Positions 28,814-36,389 of a DNA stretch of 64,000 nt are shown piece after piece. Where the stretch lies: NCBI GenBank assembly GCA_028717225.1, contig JAQUOF010000001.1, forward strand, positions 30,322-94,321, read 5' to 3'. The notes under the pieces are model-generated. The model was not told where the DNA came from and searched no databases. It worked only from the letters and a program-made list of their open reading frames with translations. Numbering within the stretch: the first letter of the stretch is position 1; the number at the start of each line of letters is the position of its first letter. The position numbers and the translations under genes are program-made. Origin of the DNA: Patescibacteria group bacterium (lineage in GTDB: Bacteria; Patescibacteriota; Patescibacteriia; UBA2591; JAQUPP01).

Positions 28814-29080
28814 ATGCATTATTATCTGATAATTTATTACTTGGCTGGCGTTTTGCAGGATTTTTTATGCACTCTAAATTGGAGATTTATAAACAAAGAA
28901 AAGGTTATTCCTGCAGCTGTTTTTTCTTTTGCTTTGACAATTGTATCAATGCTCGTGCTTTATAATATTTTGACTCAACTTGATAAAGAAAGGAGCATAT
29001 TAGCGATTATCGTTTACGCGCTGGGCATTGGAACCGGAACAATTCTTGGTATGAAAACCAAAATCAATTCCAAAAAGTAA
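28814..29080 (+). CDS. Small two-TM membrane protein (hypothetical)
   Basis: 88 aa, two hydrophobic helices; immediately downstream of tRNA-Arg. Confidence 0.4.
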   Translation: MHYYLIIYYLAGVLQDFLCTLNWRFINKEKVIPAAVFSFALTIVSMLVLYNILTQLDKERSILAIIVYALGIGTGTILGMKTKINSKK

Positions 29081-29105
29081 TTCAAAATTTACATAAAATA
29101 AAAAA

Positions 29106-29136
29106 GGGGCTGAATTTTTTCAGACCCCTTTTTTTG
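29106..29136. terminator. Bidirectional intrinsic terminator
   Basis: GGGGCTGA-loop-TCAGACCCC hairpin plus T-run between convergent genes. Confidence 0.65.
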
Positions 29137-29631
29137 TTACTTTTTCTTTGTTCGTTCAATTTCCTTTTCCAATTCTTCCTTTCTCCGAAACAATTCAGGG
29201 AACTTACGCCGAGCCCATTTCTCTCCTAAAGATTTCTGGTGTATAAGATCATCAAGAATTAAAGCAATAATAACTAAACAAATACCTAAAGCCAATGGTA
29301 GCCCCCAAATAATACCCCTAATACAAAGTACGAGTACGAATCCTCCTATTATAAGGATTAGTGCGATGCGTAAAAGTGGACCAACAATTTTATCTAACTT
29401 TTGGGATTGAATTTCCCGCTTTACTTTTTTCAATTCCTGAACCATTTTTATATTCTCTCCAGTCGTCAAACAATATTTTAATGGACTGACATGAAATTCA
29501 CCGCAAATCGGACATTCCGTCAATAAAATTTCGCCGCACTTGCTGCACTGGATGGTATCTTGAGAAGTATTGTCATTCTCATTTTCAATTGTTACAATTT
29601 CAAATCTCTCGCTCCCGCATTTGCATTTCAT
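29137..29631 (-). CDS. Zinc-ribbon (CxxC...CxxC) membrane protein (hypothetical)
   Basis: N-terminal C-x-C...CSKC...CPIC zinc-ribbon-like Cys cluster, two TM helices, charged C-terminus; start overlaps the upstream gene stop (ATGA). Confidence 0.5.
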   Translation of the reverse strand: MKCKCGSERFEIVTIENENDNTSQDTIQCSKCGEILLTECPICGEFHVSPLKYCLTTGENIKMVQELKKVKREIQSQKLDKIVGPLLRIALILIIGGFVLVLCIRGIIWGLPLALGICLVIIALILDDLIHQKSLGEKWARRKFPELFRRKEELEKEIERTKKK

Positions 29632-29852
29632 TTTTTACCTCCCTTTGCCATTCTAACAATAAAAAACATCATTATACACCAACCCAATGTTACTATTGTT
29701 ATAGGCAGGACTACATCACCCATATGCGCAACTTCTTTTAATTTTGCTCCTTCTGCACCAGATTTTATAGCAAGGGCTTCACCAATCATCATTACCACAA
29801 AACCCAAAAATATACCTATACTTGCACCATATTTTTCAAAAAAACTTTTCAT
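29628..29852 (-). CDS. Small two-TM membrane protein (hypothetical)
   Basis: 74 aa; 4-bp start/stop overlaps with both neighbours indicate translational coupling. Confidence 0.45.
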   Translation of the reverse strand: MKSFFEKYGASIGIFLGFVVMMIGEALAIKSGAEGAKLKEVAHMGDVVLPITIVTLGWCIMMFFIVRMAKGGKK

Positions 29853-30100
29853 TCTTTGCCTCCCTTTTTATTCTCTTCTTTATATATATAATTTATCCAA
29901 TTCACATAAATGCCTAAACAGATTACTCCCAACACATCACAAATTAAAAAAACGCCGAAAGTAAGCATAAAAGGTTTATCTGTCATAATAATACATGGTA
30001 CAACAAATAATCCGCCAAATATTAATATAATTGCTAAACCCCCCATAAGACCCATAAGGACTTCATGGAAAAACTTTTGTATTTTTTTATTCTTTTTCAT
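29849..30100 (-). CDS. Small two-TM membrane protein (hypothetical)
   Basis: 83 aa; first gene of a three-gene overlapping operon of small membrane proteins. Confidence 0.45.
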   Translation of the reverse strand: MKKNKKIQKFFHEVLMGLMGGLAIILIFGGLFVVPCIIMTDKPFMLTFGVFLICDVLGVICLGIYVNWINYIYKEENKKGGKE

Positions 30101-30228
30101 TCTTCCTCCTTTTTTAATGTTCTAAAAATAGTATAGCACAATTTTTAAAATCTGTCAAGAGTTTTAGACGCCAAATAGTGGACAAACAAAATTAAATCTA
30201 TCTGTGGATAACTTATATGTCAATAATA

Positions 30229-30256
30229 TTGACAACATAAAACTATCTGCTATAAT
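30229..30256 (+). promoter_or_regulatory. Consensus sigma70 promoter giving a leaderless transcript for the TrmB-like regulator
   Basis: TTGACA (30229-30234), 16-bp spacer, TATAAT (30251-30256); ATG at 30263 is ~7 nt after the -10, and no SD is present. Confidence 0.55.
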
Positions 30257-30262
30257 TAAATT

Positions 30263-31000
30263 ATGAACAAAACTCTAAAAGAACAACTAACTAAATTCGG
30301 CCTGGCGGAAAAAGAATCGGCTGTTTATTTGGCTGTTCTTGAACTTGGCGCCGGCACGCCCATGGAAATCAGCAAAAAAAGCGGAATCAAACGACCGACC
30401 ACTTATTTAATTTTGGATTTATTGGCCGAAAAAGGATTAGTCACCCGCTCGCTCAAAGAACGAACTCAAGTTTTTATCGCCCAACCGCCAAAAAAAATTT
30501 TGAATTCTTTAAACGAGCAAGTTTTGGATTTTCAAAGCTTACTGCCCCAATTAATGGCTATTCATAATTTGGAAAAACAAAAACCGAAAATTATGATTTT
30601 TGAAGGCGAAGACGCGCCTGATCGGGCTTATCAAGATATTTTGGAATATCAGGGCGAAGTGTCATTTATGGGCATTACCAGCGAAGTTTACAAAAAATTT
30701 CCCAAAACAATGGAGCCCTTTGAAGAAAAAATAAAAAATAAAAATTTCTCAGTCAGAGAAATTTTAGTTGACGAGCCGATTGCCAAAGATTATACTGAAA
30801 GAAATCAAGGACCGTTTCACCAAATTCGTTTTTTGCCGAAAAATTTAAAACCGGTTGGCAGCGATTTCTGCATTTATGGCGATAAAATTTTGCTTACTTC
30901 CTTGCAAGACGAAATTTTTATCGTTTCCATTGAAGATAAAAAAATTGCTAATTTTGTCAAAATTTTATTTGATTTAACCTGGCAAAGTTTAAAAAAATAA
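30263..31000 (+). CDS. TrmB-family transcriptional regulator
   Basis: N-terminal winged HTH (AVYLAVLELGAGTPMEISKKSGIKRPTTYLILDLLAEKGLV) plus C-terminal TrmB-like effector domain; paralog of the gene at 52264..53013. Confidence 0.75.
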   Translation: MNKTLKEQLTKFGLAEKESAVYLAVLELGAGTPMEISKKSGIKRPTTYLILDLLAEKGLVTRSLKERTQVFIAQPPKKILNSLNEQVLDFQSLLPQLMAIHNLEKQKPKIMIFEGEDAPDRAYQDILEYQGEVSFMGITSEVYKKFPKTMEPFEEKIKNKNFSVREILVDEPIAKDYTERNQGPFHQIRFLPKNLKPVGSDFCIYGDKILLTSLQDEIFIVSIEDKKIANFVKILFDLTWQSLKK

Positions 31001-31015
31001 ATAGGGGCCTATAAC

Positions 31016-31034
31016 TTGTCCCGCCTGTAATAGG
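31016..31034. other. GC-rich hairpin CCCGCCTGTAATAGGCGGG upstream of tRNA-Ala
   Basis: 7-bp GC stem with 5-nt loop; related to the CCCGCC...GCGGGA hairpin at 31463-31480. Confidence 0.5.
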
Positions 31035-31060
31035 CGGGATGAACTTGCCCCGCCACTTTT

Positions 31061-31131
31061 GGGCCCGTAGGTAAGTGGTATACCGGTACATTCGCATTGT
31101 ACAGTCCCGAGTTCGATTCTCGGCGGGTCCA
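31061..31131 (+). tRNA. tRNA-Ala (anticodon CGC) with G3:U70, embedded in an 11-bp flanking inverted repeat
   Basis: Acceptor GGGCCCG/CGGGTCC (G3:U70 Ala identity pair), anticodon stem GTACA/TGTAC, loop TTCGCAT, T-arm CCGAG-TTCGATT-CTCGG; flanked by CCCCGCCACTT (31048-31058) and AAGTGGCGGGG (31134-31144). Confidence 0.8.
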
Positions 31132-31189
31132 TAAGTGGCGGGGTGAAGTAATACGCAATATTTTGTCCCGATTTTGTTAAAATTCAAAA

Positions 31190-31438
31190 ATGTTTAACAT
31201 TTATATTTTAAAATCATTGAAATTTGGTAAATACTATATTGGCAGTTGTGAAGATATCACAACGAGATTAAAACAGCATAACACTGGAAAGACAAAATCA
31301 ACAAAAAGATTTATGCCATGGGAGCTTGTTTATAAAGAAAGCTTTAATACTCGAAGTGAAGCTGTAAAAAGAGAGCAACAATTAAAATCATGGAAAAGTA
31401 GAAAGGCCTTAGAAAAATTAATAAAGGAATATTTTTAA
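31190..31438 (+). CDS. Stand-alone GIY-YIG nuclease-domain protein
   Basis: GKYYIGSCED...R..QHN...E..LK motifs of the GIY-YIG fold; 82 aa with no additional DNA-binding domain. Confidence 0.75.
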   Translation: MFNIYILKSLKFGKYYIGSCEDITTRLKQHNTGKTKSTKRFMPWELVYKESFNTRSEAVKREQQLKSWKSRKALEKLIKEYF

Positions 31439-31448
31439 GACGACAGTT

Positions 31449-31543
31449 CTCCCGATTTTGTTCCCGCCTTTAGCGGGATTACAAAATCGAGGATCCACGA
31501 TATCACCCTAAATTATAAATTTGAGTGATATCGGGAGATTCTG
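31449..31543 (+). ncRNA. Candidate structured RNA element: two adjacent stem-loops with nested inverted repeats between the GIY-YIG and MazG-like genes
   Basis: SL1: CGATTTTGT-[TCCCGC-CTTTA-GCGGGA]-T-ACAAAATCG; SL2: CGATATCAC-19 nt loop-GTGATATCG; outer CTCCCGAT/ATCGGGAG pairing; neither has a canonical U-tract. Confidence 0.3.
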
Positions 31544-31577
31544 CCTAGGTCCATAAAAATCATTTTAATTTGCGTTT

Positions 31578-31889
31578 ATGAAAAAATATCAAAAAGAATT
31601 GGACAAATGGTTTAAAGAAAACGACTGGAAATATTGGTCACAGCTGTCAATTTTGGCGCGGCTTTACGAAGAATGCGGCGAATTCGCGAGATTGGTTAAT
31701 CATCTTTACGGCGACAAACCGAAAAGAGATGAAGAGAAAAAGCAAGAACTGGAAGAAGAAATCGGAGATATTATTTATACCTTAATCTGTTTTGCTAATT
31801 CAAATAATGTTGATTTGGACAAAGCGATCAGAAAAAGTTTTGATAAAGTTGTCAGAAGAGACAAAAATAGATATAACAAAAAATCATGA
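31578..31889 (+). CDS. MazG-like nucleotide pyrophosphohydrolase domain protein
   Basis: EECGEFARLVNHLYG...EEEIGDIIYTLICFAN matches the all-alpha NTP-PPase (MazG) metal-binding EExxE/D motifs; 103 aa. Confidence 0.7.
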   Translation: MKKYQKELDKWFKENDWKYWSQLSILARLYEECGEFARLVNHLYGDKPKRDEEKKQELEEEIGDIIYTLICFANSNNVDLDKAIRKSFDKVVRRDKNRYNKKS

Positions 31890-32449
31890 CTAACGTAATC
31901 ATAATTCACGGCACATGTGGAAGTCCAAAAGGAAATTGGCTTCCTTGGCTAAAATCAGAATTGGAAAAAATCGGTTACCGAGTTTTTGTTCCTAAATTTC
32001 CCACGCCCAAAAATCAATCTTTAAAAAATTGGCTGAAAGTTTTCAAAAAATACAACCGATATTTGGACAAAGATTCTATTGTTATCGGCCATAGTTTGGG
32101 ACCGTCTTTTCTATTGAGCGTTTTGGAAAAATTGAATCATCCGATTAAAGCCGCGTTTTTCGTGGCTGGTTTTACCGGCTTAATAGGCCGTGGAGATTTT
32201 GACAAGCTGAATAAAACCTTTACAACTCAATCTTTCAATTGGGTTAAAATAAACAAAAATTGTAAAAAATTCTTTGTTATCAATTCAAATAATGATCCCT
32301 ACATCCCTCTTGAAAAAGGTAAAATGCTGGCAAAAAATTTGAATACCAAATTAATCATTCTCAAAAACGCGGGGCATATCAATAAAGATTCAGGATATGT
32401 TAAATTTGATTTTCTTTTGAATAAAATTAAAAAATATCTAAAAAAATGA
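31886..32449 (+). CDS. Alpha/beta-hydrolase, RBBP9/YdeN-like serine hydrolase
   Basis: IIIHGTCGSP...IVIGHSLGP (GxSxG nucleophile elbow); 187 aa; 4-bp overlap with the upstream gene. Confidence 0.7.
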   Translation: MTNVIIIHGTCGSPKGNWLPWLKSELEKIGYRVFVPKFPTPKNQSLKNWLKVFKKYNRYLDKDSIVIGHSLGPSFLLSVLEKLNHPIKAAFFVAGFTGLIGRGDFDKLNKTFTTQSFNWVKINKNCKKFFVINSNNDPYIPLEKGKMLAKNLNTKLIILKNAGHINKDSGYVKFDFLLNKIKKYLKK

Positions 32450-34749
32450 AAAAAAATATTATTACATTTTCAGTGATGGTAATTTTGGGATGCGCGGCGA
32501 TTGTGATCGGAGCCGTTAAAATCATTACACCAACCCTTACCGCCTCAATTGCTGACATTGCTTCAATTGATAATGACCCGTCAAGCTGCATTCTTTCTTT
32601 GTCAAATACCACTTTTTTAAAATCATATCGCATTTTGGTATTTACGAAAATCAACGGCGCCTGGCCTACTAAAGACGGCGGTTATATTGTTTCCGGGACC
32701 ACGGATCCGAATATTATGTTTATCCCGCCGGATGGTTTTGTGGCCAAACTTGATAAAAAAGGAGATATTCAATGGATGAAACTTTTAAAAACTAAAAATG
32801 CCGCCGGCGCCGGAAATCCTTTGGGCGACGAAGATGTTCAATCAATTATTGAATTGAAAAACGGCGGATATTTAATGGTTTCCAAAGTTTGGGGTTTTAT
32901 CACGGCTAAAGAATGGAACGCGGATAATGTGGAACTGGATAAAATAATGTTCACCAAGCTGGACAAAAACGGCAATATGGTTTGGAATAAATCATTCACC
33001 GGCTTTGTTGAAGATGCCAAAAATTCTCTATTGGAAACCGCTGATAACGGTTTTTTATTTTACGCAAATATCACGGACTTAACGCCGGATAAAATCGGAG
33101 AAGACAGTGATGTTTATTTTGATCAGCCTTATTCATCGCTTAAAGTTTTAAAATTTGATCAAAACGGAAATATCCAATGGTCAAAAAATATTAAAAATTT
33201 CATTGCCCGCAAAAATGATTCTTACTTAATTCCCACACCTGACGGCGGCTATGCTTTAGCCGGCAATTTAACTCAGCCAAATCCGGAAAAAAACGCGCCT
33301 TATGATTTTGACACTTATCCTGGGCTGGCCAAATTTGATAAAAATTTCAATTTTGAATGGGCGAAAAGCGTTGAAGGCATTCCTATGGAAATGGCCGCAG
33401 TTGTTGTTAAGCCTGAGGGCGGCCTTGAACTTGGTTGGAAAGAAATGCGTCAAGGAGCAATTGTCGTCCAAGGCCTTATTAAAACTAAAGACAGCGGTTA
33501 TATCGTTTTTGGAAATTTGTCCGGAGCTTTATCTTTAATCACGGACAGCAATGATGTAAATTCAAAACCAAAAAATTCTTTAATGGGATTTAAATTCAGT
33601 TCCTCGGGAAATTTGGAATGGGTTAAAAAAATAACTTTAAGTTTTAATGATTTCAGCGGACCAATGACAAATTATTCCATTATCTCAACAACTGACAATA
33701 AAATAATGATTGCCGGCCCCAATACTTGGGCTGATGATGATTGTGGAACTAAAATGCAAAACGTTAACGATCAGCGCAAATGGTATGTTGAAAAATACGG
33801 GGAAATGGAAATGTTAAAAGAAGGAAATCAAAAAACAAAACAATCGCAAGAAGATTGGAAAAAAGTTCAAGCGGCCATTAAAGCCGCCGCAGACGCTTCT
33901 CATGGGAGTATTTTAACAATAAAAACCGATCAAGAATTAAATATTGATTGGATAAAAGAAATTAAGCCGCCTAAATCCGGTCCTTTGACTAATTATGTCA
34001 TGAAAGCAACGCCTGACAGTGGAGCGATTATTGCCGGCGAATATACGACTGACGTAGTTCAATCGGTTTTACTTAGCAGCATCACCTATTATAAAGATGG
34101 TTTCTTGGTAAAATTGGACGCCAGCGGCAATGTCAAAAATAATGCCGGCTGGGTGGTGGATTACAATAATAAAATCATTACCGAAATAACAACCCTGTAC
34201 GCAATTGCCAATGATTTAATCGGCCAAACAGATTCTTATTCAGTCAAATTAACCAGTCGCAAACCGGAATTTTCTCTTTGTAAAAAAACAAAAACCACCA
34301 CTTATGCTCCTCCAAATAATTCCAAAAATACTCTCTGTCCCGCCCTGCCTTCAATTTTTGCTTATAACACTCCTATTCAAAATTCAAATCTTGCTTCTAC
34401 TGCGACACGAACTTGGCCGGAAATTAATTATGAAAGAGCAATTCCGTCGGAATTAATTAACGACAAAAGCCGGACTATTGATGGCGAACTTTTGCCGATT
34501 TTAAATCAACTTTATAACAATCAAGTTAAAATGGCGGATAATATGGATGGCGCGATGCTTAATTATGTTCTCCCACGCATTATTACCAAGGATGACGTCA
34601 CTGCTGTTAAAAATCATCTGGAGAGTCGTGGCTATAAAACACAAGATGAAGGACTTAATCAATTGACTATGTATAAACCCGGTTATTGGCTGATTTTGAC
34701 TTTTTCCACTGACCATCCTGACAAAGCATTTTTGGAAATTACTTTTTGA
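32446..34749 (+). CDS. Secreted or lipid-anchored repeat protein (putative beta-propeller) with recurring K[LF]DxxGNxxWxK and DGGYxxxG motifs
   Basis: N-terminal signal/anchor (MKKNIITFSVMVILGCAAIVIGA); at least 7 repeats of ~60 aa each; no catalytic motif identified. Confidence 0.6.
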   Translation: MKKNIITFSVMVILGCAAIVIGAVKIITPTLTASIADIASIDNDPSSCILSLSNTTFLKSYRILVFTKINGAWPTKDGGYIVSGTTDPNIMFIPPDGFVAKLDKKGDIQWMKLLKTKNAAGAGNPLGDEDVQSIIELKNGGYLMVSKVWGFITAKEWNADNVELDKIMFTKLDKNGNMVWNKSFTGFVEDAKNSLLETADNGFLFYANITDLTPDKIGEDSDVYFDQPYSSLKVLKFDQNGNIQWSKNIKNFIARKNDSYLIPTPDGGYALAGNLTQPNPEKNAPYDFDTYPGLAKFDKNFNFEWAKSVEGIPMEMAAVVVKPEGGLELGWKEMRQGAIVVQGLIKTKDSGYIVFGNLSGALSLITDSNDVNSKPKNSLMGFKFSSSGNLEWVKKITLSFNDFSGPMTNYSIISTTDNKIMIAGPNTWADDDCGTKMQNVNDQRKWYVEKYGEMEMLKEGNQKTKQSQEDWKKVQAAIKAAADASHGSILTIKTDQELNIDWIKEIKPPKSGPLTNYVMKATPDSGAIIAGEYTTDVVQSVLLSSITYYKDGFLVKLDASGNVKNNAGWVVDYNNKIITEITTLYAIANDLIGQTDSYSVKLTSRKPEFSLCKKTKTTTYAPPNNSKNTLCPALPSIFAYNTPIQNSNLASTATRTWPEINYERAIPSELINDKSRTIDGELLPILNQLYNNQVKMADNMDGAMLNYVLPRIITKDDVTAVKNHLESRGYKTQDEGLNQLTMYKPGYWLILTFSTDHPDKAFLEITF

Positions 34750-34805
34750 CAATTAATAAATAGTGTGCTTTAATAAAAATATAATAACAAACCTTTAAAA
34801 ATCGT

Positions 34806-35189
34806 ATGAGTAAAAAACTTTTATTTGTCATAATTATCTTATTGGTGATCGCCGGCATTGTTTTGGTCATTATCGGCAATCGATCAAACCAAAAAAATAA
34901 AAGCAATAATCCGGAAGATGGAATTGTTCTGTTTTATTCTCCAACTTGTCCGCATTGCATAAAAGTGGAGGAATTCTTAACTCAAAATAAAGTGACTGAA
35001 AAAATAAAATTTGAAAATAGGGATACCTCTATCGCTGTCAACCTTGAATTACTGAAAGAAAAAGCCGGTGAATGCGGATTAAATGAAAGCGACCTTGCTA
35101 TCCCTTTTTTATTTGACGGGTCAAGTAAAAATCCAAGCTGTTTAATCGGAGACGTTGATATTATTAAATTTTTCCAAGGTAAATTATAA
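34806..35189 (+). CDS. Membrane-anchored thioredoxin/glutaredoxin-fold thiol-disulfide oxidoreductase (CPHC active site)
   Basis: N-terminal TM helix then FYSPTCPHCIKVEEFL; CPHC is the DsbA-type redox motif; 127 aa. Confidence 0.6.
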   Translation: MSKKLLFVIIILLVIAGIVLVIIGNRSNQKNKSNNPEDGIVLFYSPTCPHCIKVEEFLTQNKVTEKIKFENRDTSIAVNLELLKEKAGECGLNESDLAIPFLFDGSSKNPSCLIGDVDIIKFFQGKL

Positions 35190-35191
35190 TC

Positions 35192-35713
35192 ATGAATTTA
35201 ATTAAAAAAAATATCTGGCTGATTTTAGCCATAACGGCGATTTTATTGCCTTATCAGGCAATGGCTGTTTGTCCTGTTTGCACCATTGCGGTTGGCGCCG
35301 GCATCGGGCTCTCGCGCTGGCTGGGCGTTGATGACGGAATTACCGGCATTTGGGTTGGCGGCTTGATTATTTCCTTAATTATTTGGTTTTTAACATGGCT
35401 GGACAAAAAAAACATTCATTTTAAATTGCGCGATTTTGTCATTTATCTTGTCTTTTATTTCTTTTTTATCGCCTCTTTCTATGGCATGGGGTTAATGGGT
35501 CATCCTTTAAATCGCCTGTGCGGAATGGATAAATTATTATTCGGCATTATTTTAGGAAGTTTGGTTTTTTTGATCAGTTTCGGCTTGAACAATTTATTGA
35601 AAAAGAAAAATCACGGCAAAGTTTTTTTTCCTTATCAAAAAGTGGTGATTCCGGTGTCTCTTTTGATAATCGCCAGTTTAGTTTATTATTGGATTACTAA
35701 ATGTTATAAATAA
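35192..35713 (+). CDS. Polytopic membrane protein with CPVC after TM1 and further Cys in predicted extracytoplasmic segments (candidate DsbB/VKOR-like redox partner)
   Basis: About 5 hydrophobic helices; Cys27/Cys30 (CPVC), Cys~118, Cys171; starts 3 bp after the thioredoxin-like gene. Confidence 0.45.
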   Translation: MNLIKKNIWLILAITAILLPYQAMAVCPVCTIAVGAGIGLSRWLGVDDGITGIWVGGLIISLIIWFLTWLDKKNIHFKLRDFVIYLVFYFFFIASFYGMGLMGHPLNRLCGMDKLLFGIILGSLVFLISFGLNNLLKKKNHGKVFFPYQKVVIPVSLLIIASLVYYWITKCYK

Positions 35714-35717
35714 TTTT

Positions 35718-36245
35718 ATGGAATTGGAACAAGAAAAAATTCAAAAACTTTTAAAAAAAGTTGAAGAAAGCAAAAGCGGCGGACTGGATCTTTCTTTGGA
35801 CGAAGACCTCTCTATCGCCATTATGAATTTAATATCCATTGAAGAGCATTTTTTCTTTACGGCCGAAAAAACCGGTAAACCCGAATATTTTGATTTGTTA
35901 AAAACCGTGCGCGAAATGCGCAAGGACTTATTAAAAAGAATTATTAAAGATTACGAAGGCGAAGTTTGGTGTATTTCCAAGCACTTGCTGGCCGGTTCAA
36001 TGAGATTAATGGAAGTCGGGACAAAACACTTGGGCCAAGGAGAAAAAGAAAAAGCCGAAGATTTATTCAAAAAATCATATGAGCTTTATTCCTTATTTTG
36101 GGCCATTAATTTAAAAATTATTGATACTTCTTCGCTGAAAAAAATTGATGACAATCAACTAAATGTCCACGACCAAGAAAAAACCGGATTTTTCGGCAAA
36201 ATGGGCGATTTATTGAAAAAGGTTTTGAATTGCTGCAAAGAGTAA
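35718..36245 (+). CDS. Hypothetical cytoplasmic protein
   Basis: 175 aa, charged, no recognised motif; starts 5 bp after the upstream gene. Confidence 0.45.
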   Translation: MELEQEKIQKLLKKVEESKSGGLDLSLDEDLSIAIMNLISIEEHFFFTAEKTGKPEYFDLLKTVREMRKDLLKRIIKDYEGEVWCISKHLLAGSMRLMEVGTKHLGQGEKEKAEDLFKKSYELYSLFWAINLKIIDTSSLKKIDDNQLNVHDQEKTGFFGKMGDLLKKVLNCCKE

Positions 36246-36389
36246 TAAAAAAATGGCATAAATTCTAAAAATATTTTTGGGGTAAATCAGTTGTGATTTG
36301 CCCCTTTTTTTAATTGAAAAATTTTGAAATTAGGATATAATATAATGACTGCAATTTAACTAAAATAACATTAAATTATTAAAAAATAT

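Noticed and set aside
30957-31187. 76-aa minus-strand ORF overlapping tRNA-Ala
   Set aside because: It spans the tRNA and GC hairpins and has no SD. tRNA-Ala on the plus strand explains the region.
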